This document shows positions 19,945 through 30,563 of a stretch of 64,000 nt of DNA, one piece after another. This DNA is from Alphaproteobacteria bacterium (lineage in GTDB: Bacteria; Pseudomonadota; Alphaproteobacteria; MPNO01), in assembly GCA_964291675.2 (NCBI GenBank), contig OZ219866.1, positions 1,056,001 through 1,120,000 of the forward strand. Direction: 5' to 3'. The notes under the pieces were generated by a model. The model was not told the origin of the DNA and searched no databases. It worked only from the letters and a program-made list of their open reading frames with translations. Position numbers and translations under genes: made by a program. Position 1 is the stretch's first letter. The number at the start of each line of letters is the position of its first letter.

Positions 19945-21194
19945 GCGGCGGCGGCGAGCTCGGGAAGCAGCGGCGAGTCCGCGTCGTAGCGGACGCCGTC
20001 CTTGAGCGCGAAGCGGGGCACGATCGCCTGTTCCGCCCGCATTGTCTCGCCCGAATTGTCGCGCAGCTCCCAGGGCCCGGGCACCATATCGACCACGCTG
20101 ACATCGGCCGCGCGGCCCTTGGCAAGCGAGCCGATCTCGTCCGCCATGCCGATCGCCTCGGCGGCGTTCGACGTGACTGTCGCGACCACGTCCTCCAGCG
20201 CCATGCCGAGCGCCAGCAGCTCGGTCATCGCGTGGCACAGCCCGAAGGGGGCGCGGTCGTTGGCCGGCAGCCCGAGCTCGCCCGCCCGCGCCTCGGGCAC
20301 GGCGATCGAGTAGCCGTGCAGATCGGCGCCGAGTGAGAACGGCCGGATGCCCTGCTCCAGCGCGGCGCGCGCCATTTTGAAGCTGAAATGGGCGCCGTGC
20401 CCGACATCGACGCGCACGCCGCGCGCGACCGCCTTCTTCACCGCGGGGTGGAGCCTGCCGGTCTTCTCCGAGATGAAGCCGCCCGGATGGCGGGTGAAGG
20501 GGTGGGCGAGGATGTCGCCCTTGCGCATCAAGGGCACCATCTCGCGCACCACCGCGTCGGGGTCGACATCCACCCCCTCGGTGGGCCAGAGCTGGCCGAG
20601 ATGGACATAGACCGGGATTCTGGCCTTGCTCGCGATCTCGCGCGCCCGCTCCAGCACCTGGCAGCCCCAGCGCGAGGCGCCGCCGATCTCGGCATGCGCC
20701 TTGATGCCCTTGACGATGTCGCGGTTGGCGATGGCGATCTCGGCGGTGCGCTTCACATCGACCTGCTCGGGGCCGTAGAGCGAGGGGTAGCGATGGCCCT
20801 CCAGCCCGCCGACCATGTAGGTCGACAGGAAGCACAGCACCCGGGTCTTCGCCGGCTCGGCGATGAACTCGCGGAACCCGGGCAGCGTCATCAGGCTCGG
20901 CCCGCCCTGGTCGACCACGGTGGTGACGCCCGAGCGCACGCCGCAGAGATCGGCATCCAGCCCGAACGCGCCGGTGACGTGGCGATAGACATGGGCGTGG
21001 GTGTCGATCAGCCCGGGCAGCACCAGCGCCCCGCTCACGTCGATGACCCGTTTGGTTCCCTTGATCCCCGCCTTGACCGCCGCGATGCGCCCGTCGGCGA
21101 TCCCGACATCGGCCTTGCGGTTGCGTCCCGAGGCGGGGTCGATCACCCGGCCGCCGCGGAGGATCAGGTCGTAGCGCTTGGTCCGGCTCGCCAT
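19941..21194 (-). CDS. Amidohydrolase/deacetylase-family metallohydrolase (dihydroorotase-like)
   Basis: PGLIDTHAH, GIKAHAEIGG, YVHLG, DVGHG and GADLH motifs. Confidence 0.9.
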   Translation of the reverse strand: MASRTKRYDLILRGGRVIDPASGRNRKADVGIADGRIAAVKAGIKGTKRVIDVSGALVLPGLIDTHAHVYRHVTGAFGLDADLCGVRSGVTTVVDQGGPSLMTLPGFREFIAEPAKTRVLCFLSTYMVGGLEGHRYPSLYGPEQVDVKRTAEIAIANRDIVKGIKAHAEIGGASRWGCQVLERAREIASKARIPVYVHLGQLWPTEGVDVDPDAVVREMVPLMRKGDILAHPFTRHPGGFISEKTGRLHPAVKKAVARGVRVDVGHGAHFSFKMARAALEQGIRPFSLGADLHGYSIAVPEARAGELGLPANDRAPFGLCHAMTELLALGMALEDVVATVTSNAAEAIGMADEIGSLAKGRAADVSVVDMVPGPWELRDNSGETMRAEQAIVPRFALKDGVRYDADSPLLPELAAAA

Positions 21195-21207
21195 TGCCGC
21201 CTCCCGT

Positions 21208-22439
21208 TCAGCGCCGCGCGTAGTGGGACTCCACATACTCGTCGACCAGCTTCTGGAACTCCCGCGCGATGCCCTTGCCGCGCAGGGTAACCGCCTTCTT
21301 GCCGTCGATGAAGACCGGGGCGGCGGGCTCCTCGCCGGTGCCGGGCAGGCTGATCCCGATATTGGCGTGCTTGCTCTCGCCCGGTCCGTTGACGATGCAG
21401 CCCATCACCGCGACGTTCATCGTCTCGACCCCGACATGGGACTTGCTCCAATCCGGCATGCGCCCGCGCACATAGTCCTGGATCTCCTCGGCGAGCTCCT
21501 GGAAGACGGTGCTGGTGGTCCGCCGCAGCCCGGGCAGGCCGCGACCAGCGGCACGAAGGCGCGCAGCCCCATGGTCTGCAAAATCTCCTGCGCGACGACC
21601 ACCTCGCGGGTGCGGTCGCCGCCGGGCTCCGGCGTCAGCGAGATGCGGATGGTATCGCCGATCCCCTCCTGCAGCAGCACCGCCAGCGCCGCCGTGGAAG
21701 CGACGATTCCCTTCGAGCCCATCCCCGCCTCGGTGAGGCCGAGATGGAGCGCGTAGTCGCATTGCCGGGCGAGCTCGCGGTAGACCGCGATCAGGTCCTG
21801 CACCGCCGAGACCTTGCAGGAGAGCACGATCTTGTCGGCGCCGAGACCGAGCTCGCGGGCGCGTTCGGCGCTGCCGATCGCCGATGCCACCAGCGCGTCC
21901 CGCGTGACCGCGGCGGCGTCCTTGGGCTCTTCGCGGCGCGCGTTCTCGTCCATCATCCCGGACAGCAGCTCCTGGTCGAGGCTGCCCCAGTTGACCCCGA
22001 TGCGGACCGGGCGGTCGTATTTCAGCGCGACCTCGATCATGGTCGCGAACTGGGTGTCGCGCTTGGCGCGGAAGCCGACATTGCCCGGGTTGATGCGGTA
22101 CTTGGCGAGCGCCTCGGCGCAGGCCGGGTGGTCGGTCAGCAGCTTGTGGCCGATATAGTGGAAGTCGCCGACCAGCGGCACGCCGACGCCTTGCGCATCC
22201 AGCGCATCCCGGATGCGCGGCACCGCGGCTGCGGCCTCTTCGCGGTCGACGGTGATGCGGACGATCTCCGACCCGGCGCGGGCGAGCGCCGCGGCCTGGG
22301 CCGTCGTCCCCTCCACGTCGGCGGTGTCGGTGTTGGTCATCGACTGGACGACGATCGGGCGAGCGCCGCCGATCGGCACCTCGCCCACATATACGGGGAC
22401 CGACTTGCGGCGCGGCGCCGGCAGGTCTGCTCGGGACAT
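21208..22439 (-). CDS. ispG: 4-hydroxy-3-methylbut-2-en-1-yl diphosphate synthase, with a 1-bp frameshift near 21522
   Basis: [33 protein letters not shown] and ACPGCG in one frame; [11 protein letters not shown]...[12 protein letters not shown] continues in another frame. Confidence 0.93.
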
Positions 22440-22577
22440 CGACTGGCCTCGCGGCGGTTGAGCGGCACGCCTAAGGTTGTCGCCGCGCGGCTCCGGGTCA
22501 AGCGCACAGGCACGGGGCTGGGCGCGGCGCAGCGTTTCGGCTACCAACGGGTTCCGAACCGCAGGAAGGCGCAGCGC

Positions 22578-24659
22578 ATGTCCGACAGAGACCCTCCCGA
22601 GGCCGCGCGAAAACCCGTCGCGTCCACCCTGCACGGCATAACCCGGCGGGACGAATACGCCTGGCTCAAGGACCCGGGCTGGCAGCGGGTGATGCGCGAC
22701 CCCGTCGTGCTCGACCCCGCGATCCGCGCCTATCTGGAGGCGGAGAACGCCTACAAGGACGCCTTCCTCGCGCCTCATGCCGGGCTGCGCCGGGCGCTCT
22801 ACGACGAGATGCGCGGACGCATCGAGGAGGACGACAGCACCGTGCCTGCGCCCGACGGGGGCTGGCTCTACTTCGTCCGCCATGTCGAGGGCGGCGAGCA
22901 CCCGGTCTGGTGCCGCGCCAGGCGAAGCACGGAAGAGGCCGCGGAAGTGCTGCTCGACGGCAACCGGGAGTCGGCGGGCGAGAGCTATTTCCGCATCGCC
23001 GCCTGCCGGCACAGCCCGGACCACCGCCGCCTGGCTTACGCGAGCGACGTCAACGGCTCGGAGCGCTACCGCATCTTCGTCCGCGACATCGCGACCGGGG
23101 AGACCGTCGACGGGCCGATCGGCGATGCCCGCGGCGACCTGGTCTGGGCCAATGACGGCGAGACCCTGTTCTACACCGCGATCGACGACAGCCACCGGCC
23201 CTTCCAGGTGCGCCGCCACCGCATCGGCGACGGCCGCGCCGACCCGGTGGTCTACGAGGAGTCCGATCCCGGCTTCTTCGTCGGCATCGGCAAGTCGGAG
23301 AGCGGGCGCTTCGCGATCGTCTCGGCGCACGACCACACGACCTCGGAGGTGCGGCTGATCGACGCGGACGCGCCGGAGACCCCGCCCCGCCTGGTCGCCG
23401 CGCGCGCGGCGGGGGTCGAGTACGACGTCGCCGATCGCGGCGAGAGGCTGTACATCCGCACCAATGACGGCGGCGCGGTCGATTTCAAGATCGTCACCGC
23501 GCCGCTCGATGCGCCCGAGCGGGCGGGCTGGAGCGACTGGCTCGCCCAACGGCCCGGGGTCTATGTGCGCGGCCAGCACCTGTTCGCCGGCCACCACGTC
23601 CGGCTCGAGCGCGCCGGCGGGCTGCCCCGCATCGTGGTCACCGATCTGGCGAGCGGGGAGGCGCACGCGATCGAATTCGACGAGGAGGCCTACGACCTCG
23701 CGCTGCTGCCGGGCTACGAATTCGACACCGCGACGCTCCGCTTCGCCTACAGCTCGATGACCACGCCGGCGCAGACCTTCGACTACGACATGCACACCCG
23801 AGAGCGGCGCCTGCGCAAGACCCAGGAGGTGCCGAGCGGGCACGACCCGGCCGACTACGTCACCCGCCGGCTCGTGGCAACCGGCCATGACGGGGCGCAA
23901 ATTCCGGTCTCCGTGCTCTACCGCCGGACCACCCCGCTCGACGGCGCCGCGCCGCTGCTGCTCTACGGCTACGGCGCCTACGGCCATGCGATCCCAGCCG
24001 CGTTCTCGACCAACCGGCTGAGCCTGGTCGACCGCGGCTTCGTCTACGCCATCGCGCATATCAGGGGCGGCGCCGATCTCGGCTATGGCTGGTATCTGGA
24101 CGGCAAGCGCGAGAACAAGCCCAACAGCTTCGCCGACTTCATCGCCGCGGCGGAGCGCCTGATCGCCGGCGGCTACACGGCGAAGGGGCGGATCGCCGCC
24201 CATGGCGGCAGCGCCGGCGGGATGCTGATGGGCGCGGTCGCCAATCTCAGGCCCGACCTGTTCGCCGCCATCCTCGCCGAGGTGCCGTTCGTCGACGTGC
24301 TCAACACCATGTGCGACGCCGATTTGCCGCTGACCCCGCCGGAATGGCCGGAATGGGGCAACCCGATCGAGGACGCGGCGGCCTACCGGCTGATCGCGTC
24401 GTATTCGCCCTACGACAACGTGGCGGCGCAGGACTACCCGGCGATCTTCGCGACCGGCGGGCTGACCGATCCCAGGGTGACCTATTGGGAGCCCGCCAAG
24501 TGGGTGGCGCGGCTCCGCCGGCGCAACACGGGCGACAGCCCGGTGCTGCTGCACACCAACATGGAGGCCGGGCATGGCGGCGCGTCGGGCCGGTTCGACC
24601 GGCTGGTCGAGGTCGCGATGGTCTATGCCTTCGCCATCGCTGTCGCCGGGCTCGCCTGA
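22578..24659 (+). CDS. ptrB: S9 family peptidase, oligopeptidase B
   Basis: [31 protein letters not shown] and AGHGGASGR motifs. Confidence 0.95.
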   Translation: MSDRDPPEAARKPVASTLHGITRRDEYAWLKDPGWQRVMRDPVVLDPAIRAYLEAENAYKDAFLAPHAGLRRALYDEMRGRIEEDDSTVPAPDGGWLYFVRHVEGGEHPVWCRARRSTEEAAEVLLDGNRESAGESYFRIAACRHSPDHRRLAYASDVNGSERYRIFVRDIATGETVDGPIGDARGDLVWANDGETLFYTAIDDSHRPFQVRRHRIGDGRADPVVYEESDPGFFVGIGKSESGRFAIVSAHDHTTSEVRLIDADAPETPPRLVAARAAGVEYDVADRGERLYIRTNDGGAVDFKIVTAPLDAPERAGWSDWLAQRPGVYVRGQHLFAGHHVRLERAGGLPRIVVTDLASGEAHAIEFDEEAYDLALLPGYEFDTATLRFAYSSMTTPAQTFDYDMHTRERRLRKTQEVPSGHDPADYVTRRLVATGHDGAQIPVSVLYRRTTPLDGAAPLLLYGYGAYGHAIPAAFSTNRLSLVDRGFVYAIAHIRGGADLGYGWYLDGKRENKPNSFADFIAAAERLIAGGYTAKGRIAAHGGSAGGMLMGAVANLRPDLFAAILAEVPFVDVLNTMCDADLPLTPPEWPEWGNPIEDAAAYRLIASYSPYDNVAAQDYPAIFATGGLTDPRVTYWEPAKWVARLRRRNTGDSPVLLHTNMEAGHGGASGRFDRLVEVAMVYAFAIAVAGLA

Positions 24660-25352
24660 TCAGCGCGACGCGACGACCGCGAGCAGCGCCAGCAGCTCGG
24701 CGAGCGCGAGCACGGCGGGAAGCGCCGCCGTCCCGGCGCCGGGGCGGCGCGCGGCGTAAACGATGCCGCCGGTCACCGCGCCGGCGAGGATGACCGCGGC
24801 GAGCCAGCCCTCGGCCATGACGATCAGGGAGATCGCCGCGGCGACGCCGAGCGCGATTCCGACCGGGCCGAGCGTGGGCTTGGCGTCCCCGTCCCCGTCG
24901 GGCGCGCCGTGCAGCGCGGCGATCTGGCAGGCATAGGCGATCGCGGAGCTGCCGATCAGGATGCCGCCCACCGGGCCGGCATCGGCCGCCTGCGCGATCG
25001 CGGCGGCCTCGAGCACGACGACCAAGGCGAGAACGATGGCGCTCCACTCGGCGGCGGAGGCCGGAGCCAGCGACCCGGCGGCGCGGGCGAGCGCGCGCTC
25101 GGGCGCGGCGCCGGTGATGGCGAACGAGGCGGCGAGCGCGACCACCGCCGCCACCGCGGGCGCCAGCCCCAGCTCCTCCGCCGCCAGAAAGGCGACCGCC
25201 GCCGCCCCGCCGATCCCCGCGCCCACCAGCGAATACGCCCAGCACGACTCGGCGAAGGGGCGGCCCTCCTCCGCCGCGTCTTGCGGCAGCTTCAGCCAGG
25301 TCAGCCGCCTCAGGCAGATGGCGATGTCGACGAGATATTGCGCGAACGGCAT
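24660..25352 (-). CDS. Divergent CobS-like membrane protein
   Basis: CobS-like topology (DIAICLRRLTWLKLP, YSLVGAGIG, ALAELLALL), but the LHxDG and GD motifs are absent. Confidence 0.55.
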   Translation of the reverse strand: MPFAQYLVDIAICLRRLTWLKLPQDAAEEGRPFAESCWAYSLVGAGIGGAAAVAFLAAEELGLAPAVAAVVALAASFAITGAAPERALARAAGSLAPASAAEWSAIVLALVVVLEAAAIAQAADAGPVGGILIGSSAIAYACQIAALHGAPDGDGDAKPTLGPVGIALGVAAAISLIVMAEGWLAAVILAGAVTGGIVYAARRPGAGTAALPAVLALAELLALLAVVASR

Positions 25353-25474
25353 GTCGCTTCGAGCCCCGGCTGACACGCCCGGATGATAGTTCGATCGGAG
25401 CGGGCGCGACAGATTCATGCGAAATCGTGAAGCCGTCGCTTCGCCCGGGCGCGCCAATGCACTAGCTTCCGGCG

Positions 25475-26128
25475 GTGACACGGAACATCGATCTCGTACT
25501 CGACGGCGCCGTGGCGACCGTCCAGCTCGACCGGCCGCGGCGCTTCAACGCGCTGGCGCGGGCGGACTGGGAGGTGCTGGAGGCGCGGATCGCCGAGATC
25601 GAGGCGGTGCCCGGGATCGGCTGCGTGATCGTCCGCGGCGCGGGCGGGCGCGCCTTCTCGACCGGTCTCGACATGTCGCGCTTCGCCGACGAGCGCCGTG
25701 ACCCGCGATCCGCCAGGGCCTATAGCGAGGCGACCGAACGGGCGTGCGCGCGCCTCGGCGCGCTCCCGATGCCGACGATCGCGATGATCGAGGGGTTCTG
25801 CATGGGGAGCGGGGTCGACATCGCCTGCCGCTGCGATCTCAGGATCGCCGCTTCCGACGCCCGGTTCCGGGTCTCGCCGCGCAGCATCGGGCTGTTCCTG
25901 GATACCGGCTTCGTCGCCGCCATGCTGGCGGTGATCGGCCGCGCGCGCACCCTGGAGCTGGTGCTCGAAGGCCGCACCTACGATGCCGGGGCGGCGCTGG
26001 CGATGGGGCTGGTGGGGCGCGTCGTGGCGGCCGATGCGCTGGAGGACGAGACCCGCGCGCTCGGCCAACGCCTGGCCGAGACCTACGCCGCGATCAGCTC
26101 GAACCGGTCGACATCGACCAGCCCGTGA
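25475..26128 (+). CDS. Enoyl-CoA hydratase/isomerase family protein, C-terminally short
   Basis: LDRPRRFNAL, AFSTGLD and PTIAMIEGFCMGSG motifs; last residues overlap the ade 3' end. Confidence 0.75.
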   Translation: MTRNIDLVLDGAVATVQLDRPRRFNALARADWEVLEARIAEIEAVPGIGCVIVRGAGGRAFSTGLDMSRFADERRDPRSARAYSEATERACARLGALPMPTIAMIEGFCMGSGVDIACRCDLRIAASDARFRVSPRSIGLFLDTGFVAAMLAVIGRARTLELVLEGRTYDAGAALAMGLVGRVVAADALEDETRALGQRLAETYAAISSNRSTSTSP

Positions 26129-27795
26129 TCGGTGATCTTGAGATGCGGGATCACCGGCAGCGGCAGGAAGGCGAGCTGTAGCAACGGCTCCGCCAGCGGG
26201 CATCCGAGCGCCCTGACCCCCCGGCGCAGCGTCCGCAGCCCGTCCCGCACCTCCTCGAAGGGCCGGTCGCTCATCAGGCCTGCCACCGGCAGCGGCAGCT
26301 CGGCCACCACGCCCCCGTCGGCGACGGCGACGAACCCGCCCTGGATCTCGATCAGCCGGTTGACCGCCGCCGCCATGTCGGCGTCGCTGCAGCCGACGGC
26401 GATCACGTTGTGGCTGTCATGGCCGACGCTGGAGGCGAGCGCGCCGCGCCCGAGCCCGAAACCCTGCACGAAGCCGCGCCCGACATTGCGGTTCTTGCCG
26501 TGCCGCGAGAACACGCAGACCTTGAGCACGTCGGCGTCGAGGTCGCGCTCGCGCAGCCCCGCCGCGTAGGGCAGGGTGAGGGTGAGATGCTCGGTCAGCA
26601 CGGTGCCGGGGACGAGGCCGATCACCGGGCCGGTGGGGCCGGACGAGGGAATGGCGAAGACGCTCTCGTCGACCGGATCGAGCTTCACCGAGCCGTAACC
26701 TACGGGGCTGGGCACTCGCGCCCGGTCCGGGAACGTGTTCCCGGTGACCGGCGCGCCCGAGCGGATCACGCTCCTGACCGCGCAGGTTTCCAGGTCGTCG
26801 AGCAGGACGAGGTCGGCGCGGTAGCCCGGCGCGACGAGGCCGCGGTCGTTCAGCCCGAACCCCTTCGCGGCCGACCAGGTGGCCGCGCGGTAGGCAGCGG
26901 CGACCGGCGCGCCGGCGGCGATCGCGGCGCGGATCACATGGTCGAGATGGCCCTCCTCGGCGATGTCGAGCGGGTTGCGGTCATCGGTGCAGAACGCGAT
27001 GAACGGCGCGCTCGCGTCGTCGAGCAGCGGCGCCAGCGTGGCCACGTCCTTGCACGCGCTGCCGTCGCGGATCAGCACCTGAAAACCCTTCTTCAGCTTC
27101 TCCGCCGCCTCGGCGACGTTGGTGCTCTCGTGGCAGTTGTGGATGCCGCAGGCGGCGTAGGCGTTGAGCCGGTAGCCCGAGAGCAGCGGCGCGTGGCCGT
27201 CGATATGGGCGCCCTCGAAGGCGATCAGCTTGTCCAGCGTCGGGCCGTCATGGGCGAAGATGTCGCCGAAGCTCATGAACTCGGCGAGGCCGATCACCGG
27301 TTCGCGGTCGCGGTAGCGGACGAGGTCGGCGGCCTCCAGCCGGGCGCCCGCGGTCTCCAGCCCCGTCGAGGGCACGCAGCTCGAAAGCTGGACCCTGAGG
27401 TCCATCGCCAGCTCGCCCGCAGAGTCGAGGAAGTATTCGAGACCCTGCGTGCCGAGCACGTTGACGATCTCGTGCGGATCGCAGATCGCGGTCGTGGTGC
27501 CCCGGGGCAGCACGCAGCGGTCGAACTCGGCCGGGGTGACGACGCTGCTCTCGACATGGACGTGGGTGTCGATGAAGCCCGGCACCGCCACGGCGCCCCG
27601 CCCGTCGACGACCACCGCGCCGTCATAGGCTTCGTGGGTGCCGACGATCGTCTCGCCGGCGATCGCCACATCGCCGTCTTCCAGCGCGCCGGTCGCCAGG
27701 TTGAGGATGCGCGCGCCCTTGATCACCAGGTCGGCCGGCCGGCGGCCGAGCGCCTGGTCGATGCGCGCGGCGAGCGATTCCCTGGTCAGAGTCAT
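26083..27795 (-). CDS. ade: Adenine deaminase
   Basis: PGFIDTHVHVESS, DPHEI, IDGHAP, CTDDR, SVGHDSHN and LPVIPHLKITD motifs. Confidence 0.96.
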   Translation of the reverse strand: MTLTRESLAARIDQALGRRPADLVIKGARILNLATGALEDGDVAIAGETIVGTHEAYDGAVVVDGRGAVAVPGFIDTHVHVESSVVTPAEFDRCVLPRGTTTAICDPHEIVNVLGTQGLEYFLDSAGELAMDLRVQLSSCVPSTGLETAGARLEAADLVRYRDREPVIGLAEFMSFGDIFAHDGPTLDKLIAFEGAHIDGHAPLLSGYRLNAYAACGIHNCHESTNVAEAAEKLKKGFQVLIRDGSACKDVATLAPLLDDASAPFIAFCTDDRNPLDIAEEGHLDHVIRAAIAAGAPVAAAYRAATWSAAKGFGLNDRGLVAPGYRADLVLLDDLETCAVRSVIRSGAPVTGNTFPDRARVPSPVGYGSVKLDPVDESVFAIPSSGPTGPVIGLVPGTVLTEHLTLTLPYAAGLRERDLDADVLKVCVFSRHGKNRNVGRGFVQGFGLGRGALASSVGHDSHNVIAVGCSDADMAAAVNRLIEIQGGFVAVADGGVVAELPLPVAGLMSDRPFEEVRDGLRTLRRGVRALGCPLAEPLLQLAFLPLPVIPHLKITDHGLVDVDRFELIAA

Positions 27796-27808
27796 GCGCG
27801 GTCCCCGT

Positions 27809-28279
27809 TTAGTAGCGCAGCTTGTCGGGCTTTTCCTCCCATTCGCGGAACGCCGCCGCCGCCGGCTCGGCCAGCATCCGGGTCATCGGCACCGAACGGC
27901 GGTCGGGCGGAAGCGCGATCTCGCGGTAGATGTGATCGTCGTCGAAGCCGATGCGGGCGGCGTCCTCGCGGGTATTGGCATAGAAGATCCGCCCGATCCG
28001 CGCCCAGTAGATCGCGGCCAGGCACATCGGGCAGGGCTCGCAGGAGGTGTAGATGTCGCAGCCTTCGAGCGAGAAGCTGCCGAGCGCGGCGCAGGCCGCG
28101 CGGATCGCGGTGATCTCGGCATGGGCGGTCGGGTCGTTGTCCGAGGTGACCCGGTTGAAGCCCTCGGCGACGACCTCCCCGTGCTTGACGATCACCGCGC
28201 CGAACGGCCCGCCCCGGTTGGCCCGCATCATGGCGACGGAGAGCGCGATGGCGCGCCGCATGTGGTCTTCGCCGGCCAA
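27809..28279 (-). CDS. Zinc-dependent nucleoside/guanine deaminase (CDA family, GuaD-like)
   Basis: GGPFGAVIV, DPTAHAE, SCEPCPMC and GFDD motifs. Confidence 0.92.
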   Translation of the reverse strand: MAGEDHMRRAIALSVAMMRANRGGPFGAVIVKHGEVVAEGFNRVTSDNDPTAHAEITAIRAACAALGSFSLEGCDIYTSCEPCPMCLAAIYWARIGRIFYANTREDAARIGFDDDHIYREIALPPDRRSVPMTRMLAEPAAAAFREWEEKPDKLRY

Positions 28280-28302
28280 CCCCCGACCTTTCGCGGCGCT
28301 GG

Positions 28303-28962
28303 CTAGCGCGGCTGCGGCACGATGCGGAGATAGGGTCTCGGCGCCTCCCAGCCGCCGGGGAACTTCTCCCTGGCGTCCTCGTCCGAGACCGCCGGCAGGA
28401 TGATGCAGTCATCGCCGTCCTTCCAGTTGACCGGCGTCGCCACCGCGTGCTTCGCGGTAAGCTGGATCGAATCCAGCAGGCGCAGCACCTCGTCGAAATT
28501 GCGCCCCGTGCTCATCGGATAGGTCAGCATCGCCTTGATCTTCTTGTCGGGGCCGATCACGAAGACCGACCGGACGGTCGCGTTGTCCGCCGCGGTGCGG
28601 CCCTCGGAGGTGTCGCCCGCGCCCTCCGGCAGCATGTCGTAGAGCTTGGCGACGTCGAGCCCGGGATCGCCGACCAGCGGATAGGTCACGGCGTGGCCCT
28701 GGGTCTCCTCGATGTCCTTGAACCACTCGCGGTGGCTGCCGACCGGATCGACGCTGAGCCCGAGGATCTTGGTGTTGCGCGCGGCGAAATCCGACGCCAG
28801 CCCGGCCATGTAGCCCAGCTCGGTCGTGCACACCGGGGTGAAGTCCTTGGGGTGCGAGAACAGGATCGCCCAGCCGTCGCCGATCCAGTCGTGGAAATCG
28901 ATCCTGCCCTCGGTGGTCTCGGCCGTGAAATTCGGGGCCTCGGCATTGATTCGCAGCGTCAT
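28303..28962 (-). CDS. 1-Cys peroxiredoxin (Prx6)
   Basis: FSHPKDFTPVCTTE, YPMSTGRNFDE and ATPVNW motifs. Confidence 0.96.
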   Translation of the reverse strand: MTLRINAEAPNFTAETTEGRIDFHDWIGDGWAILFSHPKDFTPVCTTELGYMAGLASDFAARNTKILGLSVDPVGSHREWFKDIEETQGHAVTYPLVGDPGLDVAKLYDMLPEGAGDTSEGRTAADNATVRSVFVIGPDKKIKAMLTYPMSTGRNFDEVLRLLDSIQLTAKHAVATPVNWKDGDDCIILPAVSDEDAREKFPGGWEAPRPYLRIVPQPR

Positions 28963-29217
28963 GAATTCCTCCTTCGATCCGGTCCGGGCGGCGCGGCCTT
29001 CCCCGCTGGCCGCCCGGCCTTGCAAACGCTCGTGCTCTACTTAGTACGCCGGGCCGCCGGGGACCATATCCGCCCGCGCGATCGGGCGAAGTTCTACCCG
29101 GCGCCGGGACGGCCCGGACAATCAAGAAAACGTGCGCGCCAAGACAATCTAGATTTATTGGCTATAGTGGGCGGGACATCGCCTCACTACATACCCTGCA
29201 GGAAGCGTCCTAGGGAC

Positions 29218-30177
29218 ATGACGGCAGAGCCCGCCACGATCGAAGCCGCCGCGCTCGCCGGCGGCAAGTTCCGCGACCCGGACCTCACCGCGGACGGCGG
29301 ACGGCGCGCCGCGGTGGCGCTGGCCGCGCTCAGGACGCTTTGGTTCAACACCGGCACGCTGTGCAACCTCACCTGCCGCAACTGCTACATCGAATCGAGC
29401 CCGACCAACGACCGCCTGGTCTACATGCCGCTCGCCGACGTGACGCGCTTCCTCGACGAGATCGCAGACGCCGGGCTGCCGACGCGGGAAATCGGCCTCA
29501 CCGGCGGCGAGCCCTTCATGAACCCGGAGATCGCGCCGATCGTCGGGACCTGCCTCGAGCGCGGGTTCTCGGTCCTGGTGCTGACCAACGCGATGCGCCC
29601 GATGATGAAACGGGCCGGGGATCTGCTGCGGCTGAAGGAGGTCCATGGCGACCGGCTCGCGATCCGGATCTCGCTCGACCATTACGGCCAGGCGCTGCAC
29701 GAGATGGAGCGCGGCGAACGGACCTGGAAGCCCGCCCTCGCCGGCTTCGCCTGGCTGGTGGAGAACGGCTTCAACGTCCATGTCTGCGGCCGCACCTGCT
29801 GGGACGAGCCGGAGGACTCGCTCCGCGCCGGGTTCGCGCGGCTGTTCGCCCGCCACGGCATCGACTTCGACGCCGCGGATCCGGTCAGGCTCACCCTGCT
29901 GCCCGAGATGGACGAGGCCGTCGACGTGCCGGAGATCACCGAGCAGTGCTGGGACATTCTCGGCGTCTCGCCGGATACGATGATGTGCGCGAGCCAGCGC
30001 ATGGTGGTCAAGCGCAAGGGCGAGCCGGCCAGCGTGGTCTCCTGCACGCTGCTGCCCTACGACATGCAGTTCGATCTCGGCCGCAGCCTCGCCGAGGCGG
30101 CCGGCGAGGTGAAGCTCAACCACCCCCACTGCGCGCGCTTCTGCGTGCTCGGCGGCGGGGCCTGCAGCCGCGGCTGA
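29218..30177 (+). CDS. Radical SAM protein with Cys-rich C-terminus
   Basis: CNLTCRNC motif, TGGEPF and C-terminal HPHCARFCVLGGGACS. Confidence 0.92.
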   Translation: MTAEPATIEAAALAGGKFRDPDLTADGGRRAAVALAALRTLWFNTGTLCNLTCRNCYIESSPTNDRLVYMPLADVTRFLDEIADAGLPTREIGLTGGEPFMNPEIAPIVGTCLERGFSVLVLTNAMRPMMKRAGDLLRLKEVHGDRLAIRISLDHYGQALHEMERGERTWKPALAGFAWLVENGFNVHVCGRTCWDEPEDSLRAGFARLFARHGIDFDAADPVRLTLLPEMDEAVDVPEITEQCWDILGVSPDTMMCASQRMVVKRKGEPASVVSCTLLPYDMQFDLGRSLAEAAGEVKLNHPHCARFCVLGGGACSRG

Positions 30178-30240
30178 CTCCTTGCGGCCCCGCCCGGGGC
30201 GTGATTTGCTTGCGCGTCCGCCCGCGGGAGGGAAGCCGCC

Positions 30241-30549
30241 ATGCCGATCGCCGACGTCGACCGAACCCTGCCGTCGAACCGCATGATCTTCGAGGTTCGC
30301 CGCGACATGCGGCTGTTCCGCCGCTTCCGCCAGGACATGGAGACCGTGTTCGAGGAGTACGGGCTGAGCGAGACCGAGAAGGACGCGTTCCGCAATATCG
30401 ACATCCGCAAGCTCGCCGAGCTCGGCGTCCACCCCTATTTCCTGCCCCAGGTGAGCCGCTTCTTCCACGGCGGCGCCTATAACCACAACGACAGCGAAGC
30501 GGCCCGGACCTACGCCCGCAACATGGTGCCGGGCGCGCAAGGCGGCTGA
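30241..30549 (+). CDS. LigA-like (extradiol dioxygenase small subunit) protein
   Basis: RFRQDMETVFEEYGLSETEK...DIRKLAELGVHPYFL pattern is typical of LigA-family helical domains. Confidence 0.7.
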   Translation: MPIADVDRTLPSNRMIFEVRRDMRLFRRFRQDMETVFEEYGLSETEKDAFRNIDIRKLAELGVHPYFLPQVSRFFHGGAYNHNDSEAARTYARNMVPGAQGG

Positions 30550-30563
30550 CCCGGCCGGCGCTC

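Noticed and set aside
21500-21545. Programmed ribosomal frameshift in ispG
   Set aside because: No slippery heptamer or homopolymer run at the site; a single-base indel explains it
21417-24575. 1052-aa ORF as a giant IspG fusion
   Set aside because: The part upstream of 22439 is just the antisense of ptrB; the real ispG starts at 22439
30170-30240. Selenocysteine read-through at the TGA after the Cys-rich radical SAM tail
   Set aside because: The protein ends where the family motif ends, and no convincing SECIS or conserved extension follows
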